Below are positions 10,558 through 20,673 of a DNA stretch of 64,000 bases, piece after piece (the stretch's first letter is position 1; each line of letters starts with the position of its first letter). The translations under genes were made by a program, and so were the position numbers. This DNA is from Candidatus Sericytochromatia bacterium (lineage in GTDB: Bacteria; Cyanobacteriota; Sericytochromatia; S15B-MN24; JAQBPE01): positions 37,201-101,200 of the forward strand of contig JAYKIL010000031.1 in the NCBI GenBank assembly GCA_035284745.1. Reading direction: 5' to 3'. The notes below the pieces were generated by a model. It was not told the DNA's origin and made no database searches. It saw only the letters and a program-made list of their open reading frames with translations.

Positions 10558-11412
10558 ATGAGTCTTGTGCGCGGAGCCCATCGTCCCAAGCGAAGACTGG
10601 GACAGAACTTTCTGCAAGATGAGACGGTTCGGGCTTCGATTGTCGAAGCTGCTGAGATCCAGTCGACGGATCAGGTCCTGGAAATTGGCCCAGGACGTGG
10701 TTTCTTAACAGACGCCCTGTTGGCGGCACAACCGAAGCGTATCGTGGCGGTTGAGTTGGACCGCTTCCTTGGGCCCTACCTAGAGCCCATCCAGATTGTC
10801 CATTCTAATTTTGAGGTGGTTTGGGGAGACTTTTTGAAAACGCCTTGGGCCGCCTATTCGTTCTCGTCTGAGGCGCCCGTGAAGGTCGTCGCGAATATTC
10901 CTTACTACATCACGACCCCGATTTTATTGCAGTTGCTTCAAGCGGAACGCCTCGCGCGAGAGCCTTTGGAGACAGTTCTGCCGTTGGCAGAAAGAATTAT
11001 TCTGATGGTGCAGTGGGAAGTGGCTCAACGATTATTGGCCCAACCCGGCGGGAAAGATTACGGCTCCCTCTCCTTGATTGCCCAGTACGCTGCCGAGGTC
11101 TCATTGATCACCCGGGTTCCTGCGGGAGCGTTTCGCCCGAAACCCGCGGTCGACTCTGCGGTGGTGATGCTGAAACCGCGCCATCATTCACACGTTCAGG
11201 TGTCCGACCCTTATATCCTCTCTCGCGTGATTCGTTCGGCATTCCAGCAACGGCGAAAAACACTCCGTAACGGACTTTTGGCGGGCGGTTTTTTACGCGA
11301 TGATCTCGAGCGGTCGTCGTGCGAGACGGGCATCAGTTTGAGCCGGCGGGCAGAGACCCTCTCCCTGCAAGAATTTGTTGGCTTGGCTAACGCGCTTGCG
11401 ACCGGCGCTTGA
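10558..11412 (+). CDS. rsmA: 16S rRNA adenine dimethyltransferase
   Basis: LGQNFL, EIGPGRG, ANIPYYITTP, FQQRRKTLRN. Confidence 0.96.
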   Translation: MSLVRGAHRPKRRLGQNFLQDETVRASIVEAAEIQSTDQVLEIGPGRGFLTDALLAAQPKRIVAVELDRFLGPYLEPIQIVHSNFEVVWGDFLKTPWAAYSFSSEAPVKVVANIPYYITTPILLQLLQAERLAREPLETVLPLAERIILMVQWEVAQRLLAQPGGKDYGSLSLIAQYAAEVSLITRVPAGAFRPKPAVDSAVVMLKPRHHSHVQVSDPYILSRVIRSAFQQRRKTLRNGLLAGGFLRDDLERSSCETGISLSRRAETLSLQEFVGLANALATGA

Positions 11413-12389
11413 TGCGTGAATTGGTATCACGCCAGGTTGATGCGAGTTGGCCGGGCGGAACTCTCGAACGCTGGCTGCGAAGAGAACTGGGATTTTCAAC
11501 GTCGTTGCTGCGTAAATTGAAGGCCTGTCAAGGGCTTTACGTGAATGGCGCCTTGGCCCGGACGGTCGATGTGGTCAGGCCCGGAGATCTCGTGCGGGTC
11601 TTGCTTCCCGCGTTTGTGGCCCCTCACGTGACTCCGGAGCCTGTGACACTTTCAATTGTTTTTGAAGATCGTGACATCGTTCTGCTGGATAAGCCCGCAG
11701 GGATTGTCGTGCATCCCACGCACGGTGTTTATTCGGGGACATTGGCGAATGGATTGGCCTGGCATTGGCAACAGCGGGGAGAGATACACGGGGTTCATCC
11801 ACTTCATCGACTCGACCGGGACACCTCAGGCCTTGTCTTGTTCGCTAAGCATCCCTGGGCTCATCAACATCTGGATGCGCAATTGAAACGCAGGGATTTA
11901 AAAAGAACCTATCTGGCGATGGTCAGTGGGTGTCCGGAACAGCCATTCGGTACCATAGACGCCCCTATCGCCCTGCGGGGGGACCATCCGGTCGCGCGGG
12001 CTGTCGATCGAAACGGACAAACGGCGGTGACACATTGGGAACGTGTCAAGGGGTTTGGTATTCCCGTCCCTGAAGGCTCGGCGTGTCTGCGCCTGACATT
12101 GGATACTGGTCGAACCCATCAAATAAGGGTTCATTTGTCATATTCCGGTCATCCCATTTGGGGCGATCGCTTGTATGGCAGACCAGCTCCCACGGGACTT
12201 GCGCGACAGGCCCTCCACGCGGCCACTTTGGGTTTTTTTCATCCACGCACCGCTGAGTGGTTCGAATTTTCAGCGCCACTTCCTTCGGATATGACGCTGC
12301 TGGATGCGGTGCTTTCCGGTGTTGAAACCGTTTCCTCCTCGTCGGAACCCTCCGCCGTGTCCTGTGAAGGGGGCGAGAAGGAGGTCTGA
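11412..12389 (+). CDS. RluA-family pseudouridine synthase
   Basis: DKPAG, HRLDRDTSG, TGRTHQIRVH, QALHA; TGATG coupling to rsmA. Confidence 0.93.
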   Translation: MRELVSRQVDASWPGGTLERWLRRELGFSTSLLRKLKACQGLYVNGALARTVDVVRPGDLVRVLLPAFVAPHVTPEPVTLSIVFEDRDIVLLDKPAGIVVHPTHGVYSGTLANGLAWHWQQRGEIHGVHPLHRLDRDTSGLVLFAKHPWAHQHLDAQLKRRDLKRTYLAMVSGCPEQPFGTIDAPIALRGDHPVARAVDRNGQTAVTHWERVKGFGIPVPEGSACLRLTLDTGRTHQIRVHLSYSGHPIWGDRLYGRPAPTGLARQALHAATLGFFHPRTAEWFEFSAPLPSDMTLLDAVLSGVETVSSSSEPSAVSCEGGEKEV

Positions 12390-13102
12390 AAAGTGAAGTC
12401 TACGTTGGCGGCATTCCAGACGTTTTGGTGACCGGCCGCAACCCATCCGGTGCCAGGACGATATCCCCGATCGTCTCCCGCTGCGAGGCTGACACTGTAG
12501 TCTGGGTCGGGTTCGAATACCCACGCGTAGGTTTCCGAGGCCTCAAGCGTCATAGGATTCTCCCACGTGTGTTCGAACCACTCGAAGTTTTTTCCCTTGC
12601 CGGGGGCCAAATGGACACGCGCTTTGAGCAAAGGGGGAACGGCAGGAAATCCTCTGGGTGTGGTCGATTGAATGGAGAGGGTTCCCGTGGCGGCCGCGTT
12701 GGCTTGCCCCATCCTGAGACGCAGAGCCAATGCGGTGAGTTGTGCTGTGCGATAGGGCTGAAAGGTCTGAGCGACCCTGCCTGGCCCCACCACTGCGAAG
12801 TCTAAATTGCTCGCTAAAAAAGCGGGGCTCGAGGGCTGGGGGGGGCGGCTCGGAAGGGGGATCGCGTTTCCTTGTTTTTCTGGTCTGGGCAGTTCTGAAG
12901 TGCCTTTGAGGAGATTTTCGTTTTTTTCTAACAACGAAATTTCGGGCGGTATTCGAAGGGGCGGTGCGTTCACCCGGGAAGGGCCGTGTGTTTCCTGCCG
13001 CGGGGCCCCCAATTTATCCGCCAAGTGATGAGGGGGCTCGCACCCCGCCAAGAATACAACGGCGGCTAAGAGATAGCCGCGTTGATGATATGAACAGAAC
13101 AC
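12239..13102 (-). CDS. Hypothetical lipoprotein (beta-sandwich-like domain)
   Basis: Lipobox FLAGC, Pro-rich linker, AQTF...L..YAWVF pattern; 3' end overlaps the RluA gene. Confidence 0.6.
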   Translation of the reverse strand: MFCSYHQRGYLLAAVVFLAGCEPPHHLADKLGAPRQETHGPSRVNAPPLRIPPEISLLEKNENLLKGTSELPRPEKQGNAIPLPSRPPQPSSPAFLASNLDFAVVGPGRVAQTFQPYRTAQLTALALRLRMGQANAAATGTLSIQSTTPRGFPAVPPLLKARVHLAPGKGKNFEWFEHTWENPMTLEASETYAWVFEPDPDYSVSLAAGDDRGYRPGTGWVAAGHQNVWNAANVDFTFQTSFSPPSQDTAEGSDEEETVSTPESTASSSVISEGSGAENSNHSAVRG

Positions 13103-13120
13103 GTGTGTGCCTTTCTGAAA

Positions 13121-13570
13121 TTAGTGTGCCTCCAACAAGTGCAGCAAACCCTCCCTTGACGCCAGGTCAATGGTTACGCTCGAGATACGCTGGCCGGCAT
13201 TAATGATACACGCGCCCTGATCGTTGCGAAGTTGTGTTTTGGAGAGGCGTCCCACCATCCAGTCCTGCGGTGTGTCGGGGAAGCCCGAAACGGGATTCAT
13301 TTCCTTCGAAGGCTTGTCGTTCGCGATATCTTCTTGCAGGACCCAATGACCTTTCTCAAACAACAGGCCTGCGGGCGTCGCCACAGCCAGGGCTTCTCCG
13401 TGTCTTGTTTCAATCCAGAGTCCACACACCTTGTCTCCTGAGAGGGGGACCAAGACGTCACTGATCATTCCTATTTCACGCCCCTGAGGTGAATACAGCA
13501 TGCGCCCTAGAAGCTTTTCGCCGGCCTCTTTTGTGGGGTGCGTAGGTCTCGGAGGTATGTGTTGTTTCAC
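13121..13570 (-). CDS. Hypothetical protein, PRC-barrel-like
   Basis: LLGRMLYSPQGREIGMISDVLV resembles a PRC barrel; GGGGAG RBS before GTG. Confidence 0.55.
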   Translation of the reverse strand: MKQHIPPRPTHPTKEAGEKLLGRMLYSPQGREIGMISDVLVPLSGDKVCGLWIETRHGEALAVATPAGLLFEKGHWVLQEDIANDKPSKEMNPVSGFPDTPQDWMVGRLSKTQLRNDQGACIINAGQRISSVTIDLASREGLLHLLEAH

Positions 13571-13742
13571 CCGGTGTCTCCCCCTGACTTTGTGGCCTGG
13601 GAAGATTATTCAGTGCTTCGACGGGAGAAAAAAGGTAAATAACGTCGAAAATAACTGTTGTTTGGGCGGCACGATACAGCCCGGATCAGAAATCGCCGGT
13701 TCTTGAGCAGGGGGTGTGATAAAATGAGCCAGGAGGCCCTTT

Positions 13743-14645
13743 ATGGAAGTCGTACGCGACCCAAAACACGCGCGAAACGTGATCAGCGATCTTCAGCGCA
13801 GGGGCCGTACTGTCGGTATGGTGCCGACGATGGGTTTCCTTCACGCGGGGCACGGGGCGTTAATTGATGCCGCCGAGGAAGAATGTGATGAGGTTGTCGT
13901 CACGATTTTCGTCAACCCAACTCAGTTTGGACCGCAGGAAGATCTCACCCGCTATCCCAGAGATTTGGAGCGGGACCTTTCACTGATTGAGTCGCGCGGA
14001 GCACAATGGGTCTTTGTCCCCGATGTATCGCAGATGTATCCCTCGGGAACGGAAGAGACTTCAACGATTGTGGTTCCGTCTCGCCGGCTCACTGAACGCC
14101 TGTGTGGCGAATTCCGCCCCGGCCATTTTTCGGGAGTGGCGACGATTGTTACCAAGCTTTTTGCCCTTTGGCAGCCTCAGTTCGCTTATTTCGGCCTGAA
14201 AGATTTTCAGCAGACGGCCGTCATTAAGGCGATGGTGCGCGATTTGATGATGCCGGTTGAAATCAGAACTGTGGCAACGATTCGTGAGCCTGATGGCCTC
14301 GCTCTGAGTAGTCGCAACGTGTACCTCAGTCCGGCGGAACGTCACCAAGCCCGTGCCATTAGTGGCGCTATGCAGGCCGCGTGGGAGGTTGCTCAACGGG
14401 CCGATGCGGTGCCGGTTGATGTCATATCAACCGCGCGGCGATCGCTCGCGGCCTCTCCAGACCTCGTTTTGCAGTATCTGGAACTCGTTGATGAGGAAAC
14501 CTTGGAGCCCGCCCCCGACTTGTCGCGTTCCACTGTTCTCGCGGTGGCCGTGTGGTTGGGGGCAACCCGGTTAATCGATAATGTTGCCTTGCGTGGTACT
14601 GCGCCCTTGGCTGCGGTGTTGCAAGCGCATGGGGAGTCGCCGTGA
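13743..14645 (+). CDS. panC: Pantoate--beta-alanine ligase
   Basis: VPTMGFLHAGH, FVNPTQF, RPGHF, GLKDFQQ, LALSSRN, RLIDN. Confidence 0.97.
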   Translation: MEVVRDPKHARNVISDLQRRGRTVGMVPTMGFLHAGHGALIDAAEEECDEVVVTIFVNPTQFGPQEDLTRYPRDLERDLSLIESRGAQWVFVPDVSQMYPSGTEETSTIVVPSRRLTERLCGEFRPGHFSGVATIVTKLFALWQPQFAYFGLKDFQQTAVIKAMVRDLMMPVEIRTVATIREPDGLALSSRNVYLSPAERHQARAISGAMQAAWEVAQRADAVPVDVISTARRSLAASPDLVLQYLELVDEETLEPAPDLSRSTVLAVAVWLGATRLIDNVALRGTAPLAAVLQAHGESP

Positions 14646-15409
14646 CAACCGAAATGAGGGAGAGGAACGCTCGTTTGGAACGCACCGAAGGAACAGCCCG
14701 GTTGTTGACCATTGCGATTGATGGCCCTGCCGGCGCCGGCAAGAGTACAGTGGCGCAACGCGTGGCGTCACGCTTGTCTTATGTTTATATCGACACGGGG
14801 GCGATGTATCGCGGAATAACCTGGAAGGTTCTGCAAATGGGGCTCAATTTGTGGGATGCCGATGCCATCGATGCCCTGGCGAGAGAAACCAACGTGGTTT
14901 TGCTTCCGCCTCAATCCATCTCTGAAAAGCAGTTGGTTCTGGTCGATGGCTGCGACGTGACACAGGACATTCGAACCCCAGAAGTGAGTGCTGCGGTTTC
15001 TCGGGTGGCTGCATTGTCACCGGTGCGTGCGGTTTTGACTACCCAACAGAAGGAGATGGGCGCCCGTGGCGGGGTGGTGATGGATGGCAGAGATATCGGC
15101 ACCGCTGTGTTTCCGTCGGCGGAACTTAAGATTTTTTTAACGGCTTCAACGCGTGAGCGGACTCGGCGACGTTGGCAGGAATTTTTGGCCCAGGGGGTCG
15201 AGGTGTCGATGGACGCGCTAGAACGAGAGATTCTGGCGAGAGATGAAGCGGACAGTCAGCGGGAAGCTTCGCCTCTGAGGCCCGCGGAGGATGCCATTAT
15301 CGTGCACTCCGATGACCGCTCAATCGATGACGTCGTCGACGCCATTATGGCATTGGTGAGTGCCCGATTGGGGTCACCCATCTCCGCCGGGCCTTTAGAT
15401 AAAAATTAA
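14642..15409 (+). CDS. cmk: Cytidylate kinase
   Basis: IAIDGPAGAGKST, IDTGAMYR, MDGRDIGT; GTGA overlap with panC. Confidence 0.96.
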   Translation: MTTEMRERNARLERTEGTARLLTIAIDGPAGAGKSTVAQRVASRLSYVYIDTGAMYRGITWKVLQMGLNLWDADAIDALARETNVVLLPPQSISEKQLVLVDGCDVTQDIRTPEVSAAVSRVAALSPVRAVLTTQQKEMGARGGVVMDGRDIGTAVFPSAELKIFLTASTRERTRRRWQEFLAQGVEVSMDALEREILARDEADSQREASPLRPAEDAIIVHSDDRSIDDVVDAIMALVSARLGSPISAGPLDKN

Positions 15410-16104
15410 GTACCTTCCACGACTGGAATCACCTGCGCGCGACGAATCACCGTTTCTTGCAGGCGGTACCCCGGCTGCCTCACTGCAACCGCAGTGCCCT
15501 CCTGAAGTGGGACGCCCGCTGTGTCGTGATGCATCGGGTTGTAACTCAGTGTTTGACCCGTTTTTCCGATAAAGTCCACGCCCCACGCGGCCAGGGCACT
15601 CTCGAAGGGTTTAAACAGAAATATCACGTCCTGGGCGGAAATTTGCTGTCCTGCTTGGAGCGCGTGTGCGACCAGGGGAATCTGCAAAAATGTCGGCTCT
15701 ACCCAGGCGAGGAACTGCCGCTTTTGGTCGTCGAGATGCTGCTGTAACACGAGTGCTGTTTCTGCGCGGAGGCGTTCATTTTCTATTTGCCACCTCGCCA
15801 GTTCGATTTGGTGATCCTCATGTGCCTGTTGGTAACGTTGCAGCAGAGCTTGGAAAGCTTGCTGGATTTCTTGCAACTCTGTGTGAAGTTCTTGAATAGT
15901 GGTTTCCGCGATTCGCTGCGCGGAGGGTCGCTGGCGCGCGTCCCCTGTGAGAATCCGCAGGCCAGTTTTTACGGGCAGTTCGCTGACTTCCCGCACAGTA
16001 TCAATCAAGCCCGTCAGAGCTTGTGCGTGATCGGAAACGATCGCACCAATCGGCCAGGTCCAGGGTTGCGCCATACTTGAGTTCCTACTTTCTGATTCCC
16101 TCAA
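15406..16104 (-). CDS. GrpE-like nucleotide exchange factor (non-canonical)
   Basis: Coiled coil followed by WGVDFIG..GQ..YNPMHH...VRQPGY...IRRAQV GrpE head; start may be ATG 16074. Confidence 0.75.
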   Translation of the reverse strand: MRESESRNSSMAQPWTWPIGAIVSDHAQALTGLIDTVREVSELPVKTGLRILTGDARQRPSAQRIAETTIQELHTELQEIQQAFQALLQRYQQAHEDHQIELARWQIENERLRAETALVLQQHLDDQKRQFLAWVEPTFLQIPLVAHALQAGQQISAQDVIFLFKPFESALAAWGVDFIGKTGQTLSYNPMHHDTAGVPLQEGTAVAVRQPGYRLQETVIRRAQVIPVVEGT

Positions 16105-16107
16105 ATT

Positions 16108-17688
16108 TTAACGCAATTGGAGGATCGTTCGACCCTCAAACAGATAGCTGTTTGAGAGAAGATCCTTCACCGACAGGCGCAGATGTTTGTTTTCATCCAC
16201 GTAGAAATCGACTTGTAACCGGTCCATACCGGGATGGCCGGGTGGATCCAACGTCGCAAGCGTTCTTGCCTCCCCTTTATCGTTGAGTGGAACAATTCTG
16301 GACGTCGTCCGCGCCAAGGGTTGTCGGATCAAAGTGCCTTCAGAAAAAAAGACTTCTCCCAGGGGTTCTGGGGTGGTTTCGATCTCTCCAATAATCAACT
16401 CAATGGCTTTTTGTTTGGGGCGCGACGCTCGCAGGGTCAAGCTCACGGGAGTGGGGGTGGGGTAGCGTGTTCCGGGAGCGAACAATTCTTCATAATCATG
16501 GGCTCGCCGGTGTGGATCCCAGTAGCGTATTCCATAGCCGTGATGCAGAAAATCGTCGAGTTGAATACGTTGGTCAATCAGCAAGGCCCCGTGTGCGACC
16601 GCTTCAAAAGGTTTTTCATTGCGGAGGCGATCGCGGGGGAACGCCATGCGGAAGAATTTGCTCACCGCTGGAATCAGGCTCGTTCCACCAATCAGCAGCA
16701 CGTGGGAGATGTCGTGACGCGTTAGTCCGTGACTGTCCCCTTGGCGAAGGACTTGATCGAGCGCACTTTGGAGCCGCACATAGAAGTGATGACTCTCGAG
16801 AATCTGCTCAAATTCATCACGCGTGTATGTTTTTCTCCAGACACTGGAATGTTCGGGATTGAAATAGACAAAGTCCGCTTCTTGCGAATCAGAGAGCTGG
16901 ATCTTCACCCTTTCTGCCAATAATTCGAGTCGCCCGCGATCACGAGCAAGTTCGTGTTCGGAAGCATCGTGGGCGCGCAGAAAATCATTGAGGAGCCATT
17001 GGTCAATATCGTCGCCCCCGAGCCAAGCAGCGGCTTTGCCGAGAACTTGTGCACACGGAGGAACGTGGCTTCCGCTCACGCCTTGTTTGCTATGGCGGGC
17101 CAGGCGAACCAACGAGATGTCCAGTGTTCCTCCTCCAAAGTCGACCACTAGAATCGGCTCGTCTGTTGTCGTGACGGCATAGCCGAGCGCCGCTGCCGTG
17201 GACTCATCGAGCAAACGCACGGGGCACCCCAGCGCCGCTTGGTTCAGATTTTTAAGCCATTGGGTGTAGGTTTCAAAGGCATTGACGGGCACCGTTAACA
17301 CCAGTTCTGAGACGGTTTCCCCCGTTGCTCGAAGGGTCTGGAGGGTCGCATGCAAAAATTGCTCTCCAATCCACCGGGCCGTGAGTTCAACGCCATCAAC
17401 CGTCGGCGAAAACCCTGGGGCGTCGGCCATCAGATTGCGTTTAAAATGCCTGTGGAGACGTTGTTGAGGGTGGCAGGCGTGACCCGTCTGGAGGGCGAGA
17501 TTTCCGGCCAGGCAGTCCCCTTTGGCCGCATCTTGGACCCACAGGGCGGTCGGAATGAGGGGTGGCTGGCCGTCAAGAGGGGGCGTGCTTAATTCCTGTA
17601 GGCGGATGGTTTCCGCTTCACCTGTCCTTGCATTCAATCTGGCGAGGACGGTGTTGCATGTTCCAAGATCAAGGGCCACGCGTGTCAT
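16108..17688 (-). CDS. Hsp70-family protein (non-canonical DnaK-like)
   Basis: DLGTCNT, LTVP, LLDESTAAALGY, DFGGGTLD, LIGGTSLIP, AVAHGA. Confidence 0.9.
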   Translation of the reverse strand: MTRVALDLGTCNTVLARLNARTGEAETIRLQELSTPPLDGQPPLIPTALWVQDAAKGDCLAGNLALQTGHACHPQQRLHRHFKRNLMADAPGFSPTVDGVELTARWIGEQFLHATLQTLRATGETVSELVLTVPVNAFETYTQWLKNLNQAALGCPVRLLDESTAAALGYAVTTTDEPILVVDFGGGTLDISLVRLARHSKQGVSGSHVPPCAQVLGKAAAWLGGDDIDQWLLNDFLRAHDASEHELARDRGRLELLAERVKIQLSDSQEADFVYFNPEHSSVWRKTYTRDEFEQILESHHFYVRLQSALDQVLRQGDSHGLTRHDISHVLLIGGTSLIPAVSKFFRMAFPRDRLRNEKPFEAVAHGALLIDQRIQLDDFLHHGYGIRYWDPHRRAHDYEELFAPGTRYPTPTPVSLTLRASRPKQKAIELIIGEIETTPEPLGEVFFSEGTLIRQPLARTTSRIVPLNDKGEARTLATLDPPGHPGMDRLQVDFYVDENKHLRLSVKDLLSNSYLFEGRTILQLR

Positions 17689-19220
17689 TGGGGCACCACC
17701 AAAAAAGCCTGATGCGCGCCTCCAGTGAGAATGAAATCATAACGGCCCGCTCGCTGAGGGGGCAGGACCAAACAGCGCAGGCTTGTTGGCTTCAGATTGA
17801 TGCTTGCGCGAATGGGCATTGGAATGGGGTCGAGCAACACTCCGTAGAGCCGTCGGCGCCCGCTTCCGCCCAGAAGGTCAAGATTTTTATACTGATGTTT
17901 TGGGTTATCCGAAAGTGCTGTGCCATCCAGAATTGTGGCGAGTGCCCACTCGCCAAAGATCGTCTTGAAGTCGGTGTCACGTTTTTTTAAGCGATTCTCG
18001 AGATTCTGGAGGTCTATTTCGGGCGAATCAACCAGCTCTTTCAAGAGATCGGTTCCCAATCTTTCAATCAGATAGTTGCCAAACAGGTAGGCGGCTCCGT
18101 AGGCCGATGCCTCTGGATTGAGGTCCCACTGCGTGAGAGAAAATGCGCCGGGATTGTCGAGAAATCCGGCGACGTGACTAAACAGCACCTGGCTCGACGA
18201 TTCAATCCCATAGCCGTTCATCGACATAGCGATCATGGAAAGCATTTCATCAAGCCACAAAGACTCAGGGCCCCGTTCTTCATCCGGTGGATTCAGGAGG
18301 AGTTTGCGGCTGGCATTAATCAGGTGCTGCAACTCGTGGGCGATGGTTCCCAAATAGTCAGCGGGTCGACCGGCCGCCACGACGAAAGGGGAGATGTATA
18401 GAATCAGACGCTCGTTGCTGAAAGCGAGTGGACTGTCTGGGTCGCCCGAGGCGGGAAACAGGTCGCGCAGAGAAAAATAGCCGATGGTGGTGTCCGAGCC
18501 ATAGTTGCCAACCGCTGGTGAGAGAAGCAATGAAATGATGGGCGTGGCAACACCATCCGGTGCGATGGGGGCACCAAACAGCCGCACATTGGTTGGAAAA
18601 ATCTGTTCGTCGAAGGCATTCGCTATTTCTTTGGCCGCGCTTTCAAAATTTGGCGCGTTAATTTTCTCATCCAAGAAAATGACGCAGCGCTCGCCCACGA
18701 CCGCGGCGCGGGCCTCGATTTTTGTTTCCACGATTCCATCATTGCCGACATCACGGATGACCCAGAATGACTCAGTGTCCCCACGCTTGATGGCGCGGCT
18801 ATTTTTGATTCGGTATACCGGGCGGCGCTGTTTAATGGTTTTCAACCAGCGGTGTTCGGTGGTACGCAAGCGAACCTCAAAACCCGCATCCGAAAGCGGG
18901 GGGGCTTCTGACTGCAGCAGTTCATACCCTGCCTTCACGCTTCCGCCTGCCACTGTGAATTGAACGCGCGTTGGGCGCTCGCTTGATGGATTGGCAAGTG
19001 CGAGCAGTCCTCCTTGTGGCGTGATGTCAACGGCCGTTCCTTCCTGACTGTCAGGCAACGTTAGAATTTGCGCGCTGGTTCGCCGAGCGCCGAATTCTCG
19101 CATTGAGATGACAAAGTTGAGCGGCGCATTGGGAAGCAAGCAGCCGGTGAGCAACGCGGCGACGGCCGTCTGGAGAACGAAGCGCGATGCGCTTGCACGG
19201 CGGTTGTCAGGCTTCAGCAT
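17685..19220 (-). CDS. Lipoprotein zinc metallopeptidase (M30-like gluzincin)
   Basis: Lipobox LLTGC; TIAHELQH...WLDEMLS; YGAAYLF. Confidence 0.75.
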   Translation of the reverse strand: MLKPDNRRASASRFVLQTAVAALLTGCLLPNAPLNFVISMREFGARRTSAQILTLPDSQEGTAVDITPQGGLLALANPSSERPTRVQFTVAGGSVKAGYELLQSEAPPLSDAGFEVRLRTTEHRWLKTIKQRRPVYRIKNSRAIKRGDTESFWVIRDVGNDGIVETKIEARAAVVGERCVIFLDEKINAPNFESAAKEIANAFDEQIFPTNVRLFGAPIAPDGVATPIISLLLSPAVGNYGSDTTIGYFSLRDLFPASGDPDSPLAFSNERLILYISPFVVAAGRPADYLGTIAHELQHLINASRKLLLNPPDEERGPESLWLDEMLSMIAMSMNGYGIESSSQVLFSHVAGFLDNPGAFSLTQWDLNPEASAYGAAYLFGNYLIERLGTDLLKELVDSPEIDLQNLENRLKKRDTDFKTIFGEWALATILDGTALSDNPKHQYKNLDLLGGSGRRRLYGVLLDPIPMPIRASINLKPTSLRCLVLPPQRAGRYDFILTGGAHQAFLVVPQ

Positions 19221-19241
19221 GGTCTGGGTGAGGCATCGGTA

Positions 19242-19868
19242 TTAAGGGAGCGGAAGACCGAGATGGTCTTTGACCTCAAATTCGATGGCCATATGAATCC
19301 GGTCTCGCTGTTCTTTGGTTTTTGCTACGCGCAATTTCGGCAGATAGGCATTGATTATCTGCTTTCGGGTCGCGACCAGTTGGGTCAGGCTGTCAAGAAT
19401 ATAAGACCAAGAAAGGCCAGGGGCGGCGTCTTCCAAAATGACATCAGCAGGGGGATAGAAAATAAGCCCTTGGGCGCGCGATTCCACAATCCGTCCCAAC
19501 GGCGGAGCCACCCAGTGGCCTTTTTCACTGCGGCAAAAAAACAAAACCCACTGCTCTCGCCCGACGGGCGCGGGGGGTAAAAAACGTCCGCCGTGCCATC
19601 CGGATTTAACGTGTACTTCAATCCTCGGGGGAAGTCGGGGCCCCGAATAAACTTGGCCAACGAGCATTTTTACTTTCATGGTGCCTGTTTGTGGGTCTGG
19701 ATAGCTGTCGTATTGAGATTGCCCCAATACGACCATTTCACTCTCTCGCACCTGTTCGTTAAGCCACGACATCATCGACAGAACCCGCGGAGCAGCCAAG
19801 CTTGGGGCCGCGGGGTGAAGGAACAGAAACGACAAGGAGAGGGTCATCACAAGAAGACGCCACAACAT
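19242..19868 (-). CDS. Hypothetical exported protein
   Basis: Signal peptide; fills the gap in a co-directional run. Confidence 0.65.
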   Translation of the reverse strand: MLWRLLVMTLSLSFLFLHPAAPSLAAPRVLSMMSWLNEQVRESEMVVLGQSQYDSYPDPQTGTMKVKMLVGQVYSGPRLPPRIEVHVKSGWHGGRFLPPAPVGREQWVLFFCRSEKGHWVAPPLGRIVESRAQGLIFYPPADVILEDAAPGLSWSYILDSLTQLVATRKQIINAYLPKLRVAKTKEQRDRIHMAIEFEVKDHLGLPLP

Positions 19869-19997
19869 AAGTAGACCTTACCCATCCTACAAACCCAACA
19901 AACACCACTGTCTGGAGCGACAGCGCATTTCAGAAAATTAGGTCCCCGGAGTCCGCGTTGCGGAAACCGGGGACCCGTAGACGTGAGGGCCTCCGTG

Positions 19998-20666
19998 CTA
20001 GTGCGCGGACGCCGAGGGCGACGGTGTGGTCACTGCAGCCGTTGGTGCCGCCGAAGGTGTCACACTCTCGGTCGCTGCGGACGGAGAGGGCGACACCGAT
20101 GCCGATGCCGTGGCCGAGGGCGACGGTGTGGGCTCTGGAAGCAACGGAGGCGTTAAGGCCAAGTTCTTCCATTCATCGACCTTGTACTTTGGAATCGTGT
20201 ACACCGCACTGTCTTTGGTCACGAAGGTGTAGACCGAGTCACCGGTCGGGGTGAGAGCACCAAAGGTCAATTGATAAGCGGACTTATCGTCACCCCACAC
20301 CAAAGAACCGCTGGGCGTATCCAGTCCGTACTGGGCTTTGTCGCTTTCCTTGAACTCGAGTCGCCGGTTGGCGGTCAAATCGAGCAATTTGTCGTACGGG
20401 CTTTTGAAATTTACCTGATCGACTTCGCGGCCCGGTTTTCCTTCAATTTCCCAGTTGTCGCCTTTACGGGTGTACGTTTCTTTTTTACTGTCTGCTGAAG
20501 CGACGAGGCGTGTGAGCTTTGCCGCTTGGGCTTCAGACAGGCTCCAGACCACGATATCTTTAGAATCAGGGCGAATCTCACGCTTTGATTCCACAAAATA
20601 CATGTAGGTACCTAAGCCGATGGCCACAGCGAGCAAGCCGATGGTGAATTTTTGATTGTCTTTCAT
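19998..20666 (-). CDS. DUF4340-like protein (GldG-type ABC accessory)
   Basis: N-terminal TM, AQYGLDTP, FGALTPTGDSVY; position after GldG-like gene; start placed at MKDNQK. Confidence 0.8.
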   Translation of the reverse strand: MKDNQKFTIGLLAVAIGLGTYMYFVESKREIRPDSKDIVVWSLSEAQAAKLTRLVASADSKKETYTRKGDNWEIEGKPGREVDQVNFKSPYDKLLDLTANRRLEFKESDKAQYGLDTPSGSLVWGDDKSAYQLTFGALTPTGDSVYTFVTKDSAVYTIPKYKVDEWKNLALTPPLLPEPTPSPSATASASVSPSPSAATESVTPSAAPTAAVTTPSPSASAH

Positions 20667-20673
20667 CGTTTTC

